From assembly GCA_001938485.1 (NCBI GenBank), contig MQRK01184077.1, positions 5,634 through 59,229 on the forward strand: a stretch of DNA of 53,596 nucleotides. The letters are read 5' to 3'. This document shows positions 27,290 through 36,954 of the stretch, piece after piece. Position 1 is the first letter of the stretch; each line of letters opens with the position of its first letter. Both the position numbers and the translations under genes were made by a program. A model generated the notes under the pieces. That model worked only from the letters and a program-made list of their open reading frames with translations. It had not been told where the DNA came from and did not search any database. This DNA is from Girardia tigrina. Taxonomy: Eukaryota.

Positions 27290-27550
27290 GCCTCGAGAGT
27301 TTAATCTCGCTTCACGGTGGCGACAAAGAACGGCTTCCAAGGTCATGTGACCTCACACCTCATGACTTCTGATATTTAAAGTTTTGATATTTGAAGTTAA
27401 AAGCTTAAGTGAACAAACGTCAAATGATGGCCGACCTGAAAAAAGTAATCGGCGAAATCGATAAGGATGCCTGCAAAAGAGATATCATTAATTTCAAAAG
27501 ACTGCAGAGAAAGTGGAGTTGGACATGCTCGATTTCATTTTTTCATATTA
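27290..27550 (+). pseudogene. Tc1/rosa-like transposase C-terminal remnant
   Basis: LPRSCDLTP..DF..YLK.KA...MADLKKVI. Confidence 0.6.
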
Positions 27551-27616
27551 TTAAATCGAAGTATATGTTGAATAAAATTAAATAAATTTTTTGAATTTTG
27601 TTTCAATTTTTTTTCA

Positions 27617-27918
27617 ATTCTCCAGACTTGGCCCCATCGGATTTTCACTTATTTAGATCACTGCAGAGTTCCTTAAACAGAAAAAAAACATTCGCCAGTG
27701 ATGATGACATCAAATCGTTCCTAGACGGCTTTTTTTTGCTGACAAAGGCAAAGGTTTTTATAAATCAGGAATAATGAAGATACCGGAAAAATGGAAGAAA
27801 GTGATTGAAAATAATGGACAGTAAAAATATTTGTGTAAAAAAAATATTTGTGGATCCATATCATTTTTTGATAATAAATATTTTAGTAAAAAGCGCAATG
27901 ACTTTTTGGCCAACCCAA
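27617..27918 (+). mobile_element. mariner 3' fragment with TIR
   Basis: SPDLAPSDFHLFRSLQ...GIMKIPEKWKKVIENNGQ; TIR GCAATGACTTTTTGGCCAACCCAA followed by TA. Confidence 0.88.
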
Positions 27919-28474
27919 TATTATTATTTACATACCTGATATAATAAGATTAAAGTAGTCAAGTCATAATTTATGTTATTCACATGTTCCCTAGTTTTAA
28001 GTATCAGACATGACCGTACAGTTGCTTTTTACATTTTTCAAAGTATTAAGAACATTTAGACAAGTCGCGTTTGAACTTTTATTACAATCACATTTAGAGT
28101 CATTATGACTCAGAAAGTCTGTCATCGTTTGTAATCATTCTAATTGGTTTTCTTATTTTTATTTTTTAATCATGATTATTCGAATAATTTTTCTAAGTCA
28201 TTTTTTTAAATATATTAATTAATATTAATTAAAAATAATAAATTTTACCATTTCTCAATAAATCCAAAAATAATAAAAATGTCATCAAATTATTAAAAAT
28301 ACATTTAATTTAAATTTTACCAAAAAAATATAAAACTTAATTTTAATTCTTAAATTAAAAATATGAACTTAAAAAAAGATTATTTTATTTATGTTCGAAT
28401 AGTCAATCAGTAGGGGAAAAATGAGTGTTCTGGACCACTGGACCACCCCACCCCGGGGGGTGGTCCAGAACGCG

Positions 28475-28603
28475 GTTACCATGGCAACTCAACCAGTTAC
28501 CGCGCACGGTTTCCATGGCAACGGTCGCGGTTACGGTAGCAACGGTAGCAACCGTTCCGGTTCACTTGGTGACTGTAACCAAGGTCACGGTTACCATAGT
28601 AAC
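28475..28603. promoter_or_regulatory. RFX X-box-like palindrome cluster (left arm)
   Basis: GTTACCATGGCAAC at 28475, GTTTCCATGGCAAC at 28509 and GTTACCATAGTAAC at 28590 match GTTnCCATGGnAAC; function not shown. Confidence 0.5.
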
Positions 28604-28850
28604 GGTAACCAAGGGACGTTTTTCATTTAGGAGGTGGGGAATCACCCATACTGGGTTGGGTGGGCTGTGGGTTGAGTTATATATATTATATATTATAGAA
28701 AAATAATAAAGGAAAACACAAGGTCTTATGCTATAATAACCCACAGCCCACCCAACCCAGTATGGGTGATTTCCAACCTAAAAATAGTAACACCCAATAA
28801 CCCACAACCCACACAGCCCAGTATGGGTGATTCCCCACCTCCTAAAACAA

Positions 28851-28891
28851 GACGACGCGTTTCGAGATAATAAAAATCCGATCATCAGGTC
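28851..28891 (-). ncRNA. Minimal hammerhead ribozyme inside the foldback element
   Basis: Minus: gac CTGATGA tcggat ttttatt atctc GAAA cgcg TC gtc; canonical core, GUC triplet, ACGCGU palindromic stem III; stem II imperfect. Confidence 0.7.
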
Positions 28892-29043
28892 ACAAAATGT
28901 ACCAAGCAGGTACACTATATGGAAACTTGCCGAAAATAAATAAAATTTATCCAATAAATTATTGGATGAAAATAACTTTATTTCACTTTTCCTTAAAATT
29001 GAGAAAAATGCACTAAATGCAATCAATCTCATTCTCGCAATGA

Positions 29044-29087
<44 letters not shown>

Positions 29088-30079
29088 AATGTTATGTATC
29101 ATGGTTACGGTAATCATGGTACTTGTGATTATACTTAAACAACACACATATAGCAAATTTGATGGCTGATAGCATGATGATTTATATGGTAGTTCTTTTA
29201 GAATTTTATATATTATTCGATATTTTTCTGTATTTTTTACATGTTCAGCTGTGTATTAACATGATGAATGCAATATGTTGACATGCTGAATGCATGACAA
29301 TATCTCCTTGGATACAGCCATGTTTTGAATGGTTGATATGATAACATAGTATAATATCATAATATAATACATTTATATTATATATTATTCTGCATACATA
29401 ATGTGCATATGTTCGAAAAAGCACTACGTATTGATTTTTTCAAAAATCTAAGATGATATTTTGACTATTCATATACAAGTTACTATTCATGTGTTCAAAG
29501 AGATTTTTGATATTTTGCTTACTTCGCCCTTTGCCTAGGCTATATCATATAGGAATTCGACGCCGCTTTACACTATAATACACAACATATCAATAAAGCA
29601 CTATGTATTGATTTTTTCGAGAATCTAAGATCATATTCTGACTATTTACCTATGGGTTACTATACATGTATTCAGACAGATTTTCGATATTTTGCTTGCT
29701 TCGTTATCTATACCCTATGGCATTCTGCCCACTGTGGGCATTCTGCCCCACTTTACACTATATTATATTAAAACATGAATACATTGCACTTTGTACAATA
29801 GTGAACTTATTGATTTAACGGCAGCTTAGGTAGCCTAGGCAGCCTAGGCTTAGTACAGTATTGATTGACACAAGTGCCGTATTGATTAGCACATGTGCAG
29901 TATTGATTAGCACATGTGCAGCTTAGGCAGAATTGATTTTTTACACTTTTTTGTGTAATTTTGATAGTTTTTACATGTTTTCGATGATTTTTAAAATATT
30001 TCGATGATTTTAAGGTGTTTTTCATGGTTTTTAAGATAGCAATGATGGTTTCTAAGGTGTATATATTAAAAATAGTATA

Positions 30080-30137
<58 letters not shown>

Positions 30138-31226
30138 AATGTTACGTATCATGGTTACAGTAACCATTATACTTATGATTATACTTGTGTACATTAGATG
30201 ATCATACAGATGTTATGTATTATATTGATGTTTAAAGTACAATAGAAGTTTTTACATGTAGATTTTACATGTAAAATAAAATGTTATATATCTTGATTAC
30301 GGTAACCATGGTACTTGTGATTATACTTGTGTACATTAGGAGATTCATGAGGTATTGTTTGATGGTAAACAACATACATATATCACATAGGTTTCAGATA
30401 TATACGAAAAATAGATTTTTGAGCACTTTTTTTGAGAATTTTAGAAATGTTCGAAAAAATCGATTTATCAGCACTTTTATGAAAATGTTGATGTTGCATC
30501 TGAATGTACGTATGTGGGTTACTATTCAAGTGCATGAGCACTTTTCTAATATTCTGCTTCCTTGTACCTTTAAAATCAATGCGCAATTTGTGCAAATTTG
30601 CACATTTTGCTAATTGTAGAGAAAAGTAATCAATATATGAAATTTCTAATTGCGTAATCAGATAGAGATTCAAGATCTTCATCAAACACATGATATCGAT
30701 TTTTGACACTAGTACTTTTAAAAAATTTGATGTATTGATTTTTGTACTTTTGCACATGTGCAACTTAAAAAGCACTGTGCTAGCACATTAGAAATGTGTG
30801 GCAAAATGTGCAGTGATCGATTAGCACTTTTTTCTACGGTCCTTAGTTACGGGGTCATGGTTGCTATAGATACGAGAACCGTTACCATGGTTACAAATTA
30901 TTACACTATCAAATTTTTTATATGTCTTTTTATGGTTTTTATTGTGTCTGGTGACACTCGGTTGTTTTTGGGTTATGTCTATATATAGACAGTGGGGAAT
31001 CACCCATACTGGGTTGGGTGGGCTATGGGTTATTATAGCATAAGATCTTGTGTTTTCCTTTATTATTTTTCTATAATATATAATATATATAACTCAACCC
31101 ACAGCCCACCCAACCCAGTATGGGTGATTCCCCACCTCCTAAATNNNNNNNNNNNNNNNNNNNNNNNNNNNNNNNNNNNNNNNNNNNNNNNNNNACCTCC
31201 TAAATGAAAAACGTCCCTTGGTTACC

Positions 31227-31512
31227 GTTACTATGGTAACCGTGACCTTGGTTACGGTCACCAAGTGAACCGGAACGGTTGCTACCGTTGCTATGGTAAC
31301 CGCGACCGTTGCTAGGGAGCCGCCGACCAATCAGAAGCGTTTCCAAGTGAACTGGAACCGTTGTTAGGGAACCAAGGAACCAATCAGAAGCGTTGGTAAG
31401 GTGATCGCGACCGTTGCTAGGGAACCGTCGACCAATCAGAAGCGTTGCTAAGGTGATCGCGACCGTTGCCATGGTAACCGTGCGCGGTAACTGGTTGCGT
31501 TGCCATGGTAAC
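31227..31512. promoter_or_regulatory. X-box plus CCAAT (NF-Y) module array (right arm)
   Basis: X-box-like 14-mers at 31227, 31287, 31465 and 31499; ACCAATCAGAAGCGTT three times (31326, 31378, 31431), each preceded by GTTGYTAGGGARC. Confidence 0.5.
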
Positions 31513-31543
31513 CGCGTTCTGGACCACCCCCCCGGGGTGGGGT

Positions 31544-34040
31544 TTTTATCATCGAAGGTATGGACAAGCGGCTAGGAAATGTCAAAAGCCGTGCACCTGG
31601 AGCCCCCCGAATCCTTCGGGAAAAGACTAAGGGTTGGAATCACTCCGATACTTCCAACCCTCAAAAAGCCACCGGATCAATTATCTTCGATTTTAACCGT
31701 TTCCAGTAAAAACTGACGGTACCTTCAGACATTGTGGAGACTACCGAATGCTGAATTCGGTCACAAAACCGGACCGGTACCCTTTGCCGAGAATCTCAGA
31801 CATCCTAGACAGAATATCTGGGAATGCGATTTTTACTACCCTCGACTTAAAGAAAGCTTTCCACCAGATTCTGATTGACGCAAAAGATATTGCAAAGACG
31901 GCAATTGTTACACCATTCGGACTATTCGAGTATACTACGATGCCATTCGGCCTAAGAAACGCGGCTCAAATGTTTCAACGCCACATGGACGCCCTGCTCC
32001 ATAGATGTTGAGATTTCGCGTGTTTCTATATTGATTATATAGTTATCTTTTCAGACAATGTAGAAGACCATGAGAACCACTTGTCCGAAGTACTGAATCT
32101 ACTAACTGAGGCCTCCATGGAGATGAATATAGAAAAATGTAAATTTCGCTCCCCAACAGTTCGGTTCCTGGGATTCAACATCTCCGCAGAAGGCGTTAAA
32201 CCTATCCAAGAAAAGATTGATAATATAATTAACATGCCAGAACCGAACAACATAAAATCTCTTAGACGATTTCTGGGTGCTGCAACTTTCTCCCAGTGGA
32301 TGATTCCCAACTTGTCACAAATTTTTGCACCTCTGCATGCTGTTCTCATTGCATCAAAAGGAAATCAAAAGCTTGTATACAACACCTCCCAACGAGAAGC
32401 TACCAATGCAATCAAACAGAAATTGAAAGAGATCACCACCATACAGCCATTTGACGAGAACAAATCTCTCATTCTCTGCACTGATGCTTCTGGTATCGCT
32501 GTTGGAGCAAGCCTCAACCATGAAATCAATCCCAAGCTTGCACCGATCGCATTTTTTTCAAGGAAATTGAACAATGCAGAGAAAAGATATTCGACGTTTG
32601 ACAGAGAGCTTCTCGCGATTTACTTGACTGTCAAGAAATTCAGGCATTATTTAGAAGGATCCAGTTTCAAAATATTGTCCGACCACAAGTCACTCCTTTA
32701 CATTCAATCAATGAAGGATCCATCGAACAGACAATGGAGATATATTGAGTTTCTCAACCAATTCACCTTTCAGATCCAATTTGTCAAAGGAACAGAAAAT
32801 ATTGTGGCCGATTTTCTTTCTAGAATGGACGAGAATGATGAGAATGAGATGGAGATCCTAACACTTTCAAAGAGCGATATCATAGACGAGCAACAAAAAG
32901 AGANNNNNNTATTACTCTCAGGGAATAGTTTTAATGTCAGAACGGAGAATGGATTGCTCATCGACCTCACCAATCACAAGAAAAGAATAATTTTGCCGGT
33001 CAAGTTTCGCCACCGTGAATTTTGCAGACTCCATGGGATTGCACATGTCGACGCCAACAAAACAATCGACCTCATCCGCTCCAGATACGTTTGGCCTAAG
33101 ATGAAGTCCGAAATACGACGATGGACAAGAGAGTGCCACAGATGCCAAGCCTACAAATCTCCAGGCACACTAAAGCAAAGCTGGGTTCATTACCAGATAG
33201 AGGAAGATTTAAAGTCGTTCACATAAATATAGTCGCACCACTTCCCAACGTCGACGGTAAGCGATTTATTTTAACAATTATTGATAGACACACGTCCTGG
33301 TCCGAAGCAATTCCGATCCATGACATTACAGCCGCTGCCGTAACGAAAGCTTTCATTTCCACGTGGATCAGCCGATTCGGTCCTCCAGAAATCGTTATTA
33401 CTGACCAAGGAAGACAATTCTTCTCAAATCATTTCAAAGAAACGTGCCAAAAATTCGGAATCGAACACCGTCATACGACACCGTACCACCCGGAGTGCAA
33501 CGGAAAAATCGAGCGGTTCCACAGATCACTAAAGAACGAACTCAAAACTTACTTGGGTACGGCAGAGCAATCGTGGGCACACGATCTTCCAATTGTACTG
33601 CTCGGACTGCGGAACTCGACGATAACCGGATCAAACGCCTCACCGGCACAACTATTGTACGGCTCTTCCACTCCAGGGAGATATTATCTTGGACAGTGAA
33701 AATCAATCGACTTATTCCAATGAAGATATAGAAACAGCCATTCGTGGTTTTACAAGTCCGGCTGTAAGCAAACAGCTGACACGAAAAATCTTTGTTCCGT
33801 CAGCATTATCAACGTGCACGGAAGTGTGGTTAAGAAGGGACATCATCGGTTCTCTCAAATCACCATACGAAGGACCTTATAAAGTGTTGCGCCGATCCGA
33901 AGACATGAAGACCTTCGTTCTGGATATAAACGGCCAACACAAAACAATATCNNNNNNNNNNNNNNNNNNNNNNTTCACTTGCCAGGACACTCCTCTTCTT
34001 CCTCAGGGGCATATGTAAAGTGACAACTTTACTTTATCAA
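31544..34040 (+). mobile_element. Gypsy LTR retrotransposon, 5'-truncated (gag end, protease deleted, RT-RNase H-integrase, PPT, start of 3' LTR at 34014)
   Basis: gag FYHRRYGQAARKCQKPCTW; RT CGDYRMLN, YPLPRI, LDLKKAFHQI, MPFGLRNA, YIDY (broken YxDD); RNase H TDASG, RELLA, ADFLSR; integrase HHCC, TDQG, ERFHRSLK; GPY motif. Confidence 0.93.
31700..33951 (+). pseudogene. Gypsy pol pseudogene
   Basis: ORFs 31748-32011, 32081-33226, 33121-33699 and 33689-34018 separated by a stop and frameshifts. Confidence 0.9.
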
Positions 34041-35045
34041 TAAATTATTTTTAATTCAATTTTTGTTGAATTAAAAATAATGATTTTTAATTTTTCTTAA
34101 ATTAAAAATAATGATTTTTTTTATCGATTGTTTAAATCGATAGATTTTGTTTTTAATATATTTTTTTCAAATCTCGTTTTATTTTTTTCTATTTAAATAA
34201 CAAATATTTAAATAATGCAAGAAGATTACAGGTTCAATAAAAAATGAGAATTCGAAAAGTCAGTGATGTCTGATTTTGAATTTATAAAAGCTAAAAAAGA
34301 TAAAATTCAAAAAGAATTTATGGAATCGACCCAAATAGGAAAATCCAGAACCACGAGACACGGCTTTCGCTCCAAACAATTAAATAAATAAATACATTAA
34401 ATATAATGTTGATGATATTCCGGAAAGTTTCAGTCTGTTACTTAGAGTTTGATGTAGCAGAATCAAATAATTTGTGTATGAGTAAATATCGATAGTCTTT
34501 CCATAAGCAAATAGTCGCAATGATCCGTCGTAACTTGCTTAAGAATTCTTGATAATTATTTTTCTTTCCAAAAGTGTATTCGTGGCGTTTTAACTAAATC
34601 GAACTGATATATTTATAGCAGAAATTCTCTGTAGTTTGTTCGATCAAGTCGAGTGCTATGTAATACTGTTGATGTTTGCTTATTTTCCCTACCAGATTCT
34701 GTACTAGTTGGTGTGCTAAATCGTTTGCGACTACACAATCGTTGAACAGTGGCCGAGATTGTCTGCTGATGTGGCTATTCATTATAAATAATCATAACAA
34801 AGTTTTACTTTTGGAAACAAGGTGTGACTCATTTAAGTTTTGTAAATTATTCTTTGCTTATTAATTAACTTTTCCTAAAATTACAGAGATGCCGCTCAAA
34901 GCGCAGGGGTAGGATGAATTATCATTCAAGGTCTGAATTCCGACTCACCTTCGCTAGGGCTATCAGGGAAGGGTCTGGTGGTCAATATTTACCACGGGGT
35001 GGGCTCAGGCGGTGATTTATTATTTGTTGGACTTTATAATTATTA

Positions 35046-36348
35046 ACGGGTGCACAGGCAAAATCTGGAGAAATTTTAAACCACTATTGTGAAAAGACGA
35101 AATAAAAGTTCCAGAAGCTGTTTATATTTTATTGAAGGGCAAGATGTAAGGAACAAAAAATGTTTACAGAATAATTGAAAGTGGTCCGTCTCTATACACA
35201 GCACGAAGGCGTTTCTTAATCCCTTTGAAGTCCTTCCGCAACGTGAACTGATCCATTGTTTTCAACATTTTCTTAATCCGTTGCTGTAGTTGAGGGATTG
35301 TTTGAGCCTCCCAGCCTCCCTCATACACTTCCGTCTTTAGAGCGCCCCAAAGGTTCTTAATGGGGCGGTAGTGTGGGACGTTGGGAGGATTACACTCCTT
35401 GTCAACAAAGGGGATGTTGAGATGATGGAGAAGTTTGAGAGTGCTGTTGGCATAATGTGCAGAAGCCAGGTCCGGCCAGAAGAGAATTTCGTCATCTCGA
35501 TGATATTTCTTTATAAACTTCATCAGACCTTGTCTGATGCACTGCTCTTGATAGAAATCGTTTGGCCGCAGCAAAAATATAGGATCACTGATATGGTGTG
35601 CGGAGACACAAAGCCAAACCATCAGCTGAACAGGGAACTTTCTTTCTATTCTATATTTGACGTGTTCAGGAGCAGATTGAAGACTCGAAGTAAAGTAGTG
35701 ATCATTTCCTTGTAGATAATCACATTTCAACTTGAAGTAGCTCTCATCGTTCATAATGATGTTTTTATCACTCAAACTTCGGATTAATTTCCCTGCTCTC
35801 AGCTTCACTCGCTTTACTTGCTCCTCTGTGTACTGAGGAGCCTTCTTTCTCTTTCGGCATTTTAGACCGCTTTCCTTGATAATATTCCTGATCGTCGTGA
35901 CACAGACACCATACTTGCTAGCTTCACGTCTGAGAGATACACCACGCTTTGTTTGAATCCATCTCCGAATACTTGCGCGCTGTTTATTTGTTAACTTTTT
36001 ATTGTGGCCTCCACTTCCTGGTTTCCTGTGCACATTTGAACTCTTGGGGAGGCTTGAGAGAAGCGTATAGATGGTAGACCGTGCACAACCTTCATTCACA
36101 AAGTGGTTTACAGTGAAGGCCTTTCCTTTTAAAAAGTTCAGCTGCCAAAAGTTGCGAACTCTCTCACGGAGCTGTTGCTCGGTCATGACTTTTCTGAGAA
36201 AATGAATGCCGAGAAGATGACGAAATATTATGCAAGAAACCCCCTACCCAATGTGATTCATGCTGCAATTTTATTGGATGTTCCATTTATTTTTAATTTA
36301 CTGATAGTATGCATTTTTCATATGTTCAGATTTTGCCTGCGCACCCGT
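35046..36348 (-). mobile_element. Tc1/mariner-superfamily DD37E-type (TRT/ITmD37E-like) transposon, full length
   Basis: TA-flanked TIRs ACGGGTGCACAGGCAAAATCTG / CAGATTTTGCCTGCGCACCCGT. Confidence 0.93.
35164..36186 (-). CDS. DD37E-type transposase, 340 aa, open frame, third catalytic residue E replaced by K
   Basis: HTH and RKPGSG linker; MNDESYF; FWPDLASAHY; exactly 37 residues to NPPNVPHYRPI-K-NLW. Confidence 0.88.
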   Translation of the reverse strand: MTEQQLRERVRNFWQLNFLKGKAFTVNHFVNEGCARSTIYTLLSSLPKSSNVHRKPGSGGHNKKLTNKQRASIRRWIQTKRGVSLRREASKYGVCVTTIRNIIKESGLKCRKRKKAPQYTEEQVKRVKLRAGKLIRSLSDKNIIMNDESYFKLKCDYLQGNDHYFTSSLQSAPEHVKYRIERKFPVQLMVWLCVSAHHISDPIFLLRPNDFYQEQCIRQGLMKFIKKYHRDDEILFWPDLASAHYANSTLKLLHHLNIPFVDKECNPPNVPHYRPIKNLWGALKTEVYEGGWEAQTIPQLQQRIKKMLKTMDQFTLRKDFKGIKKRLRAVYRDGPLSIIL

Positions 36349-36620
36349 TATAAAGCGATTAGTTCGGTGAGAAAAATATGGACCACCGACCGAAAAATCA
36401 CGAGACATAGCTGCGTGGCGTTCGTTCGAGGATCCTTCAGGATTTTGATCTGTGTTCCATTTAAATATATGTATTAAAATTCAAATGGCTGTTTTTCTTT
36501 TGTTTTTGTCCTATTTATTTTGGATTTTCTACCAGTTATTTAAAGTGTCGACCGCAACAAACTGTAAAACTTTACACTTTATTTAAAACAAGCAATCTAA
36601 TTGGTATTTTTACTGTCCAA

Positions 36621-36878
36621 TCACAAATTTTTGCCCGAAAGAGGACTGTATGTCTTCCTCCTTCGATTTTCGACTCGGGAATTGACGATAATATTAAAGA
36701 TTCTTGGATTTTCTTCAATAATTTCGCTTTTAATGTCGTTCGAGCTGACTTTGGTGATCCCGAAGAAGAAGCAGTACTTCACGTACACTGATAATTGACG
36801 AATCTCTTCTCTAAAATCCTCGTATTCGATGTCGGTGGATGAGATTTTGTTTTCATTTACTTTTATTTTCTTATTTCT
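36621..36878 (-). other. Orphan coding-like segment (85 stop-free codons after a pyrimidine-rich AG)
   Basis: ttttcttttcgttatAG then RNKKIKVNENKISSTDIEYEDFREEIRQLSVYVKY...TYSPLSGKNL*; no homology recognised. Confidence 0.2.
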
Positions 36879-36954
36879 CTATAACGAAAAGAAAATCGAT
36901 GATTCAATAAATTTTATTAGTGACCAAATTCCAATATAAAAATAATTCGTTTAA

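Larger units (their letters stand above)
28409..31543. mobile_element. Unclassified foldback-type element with long GC-rich inverted arms (28445-28778 and 30991-31543) and an apparently non-coding AT-rich core
   Basis: Arms are near-perfect reverse complements; the right arm has an extra ~150-bp block and is truncated against Gypsy gag; internal degenerate repeats; no recognisable transposase. Confidence 0.8.

Noticed and set aside
28421-28706. GN-rich and VT-rich ORFs in the foldback arms (also 31139-31472)
   Set aside because: Open in several frames only because of GC-rich repeated X-box motifs; no domain signal
28628-28843. Repeat-spacer pattern resembling CRISPR
   Set aside because: Mixed orientations, irregular spacers, eukaryotic context, no cas genes
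31145-31194. Apparent 50-bp insertion in the right arm
   Set aside because: ACCTCCTAAAT is duplicated on both sides of the Ns; probably a placeholder gap over an overlap
34890-35013. RNase P-like words (GGGAAGGGTCTG; AATTCAGAC) and a hammerhead-like fold
   Set aside because: The CR-I and CR-V-like words are on opposite strands; the hammerhead core deviates at two places (CUGAUAG, GAAG)
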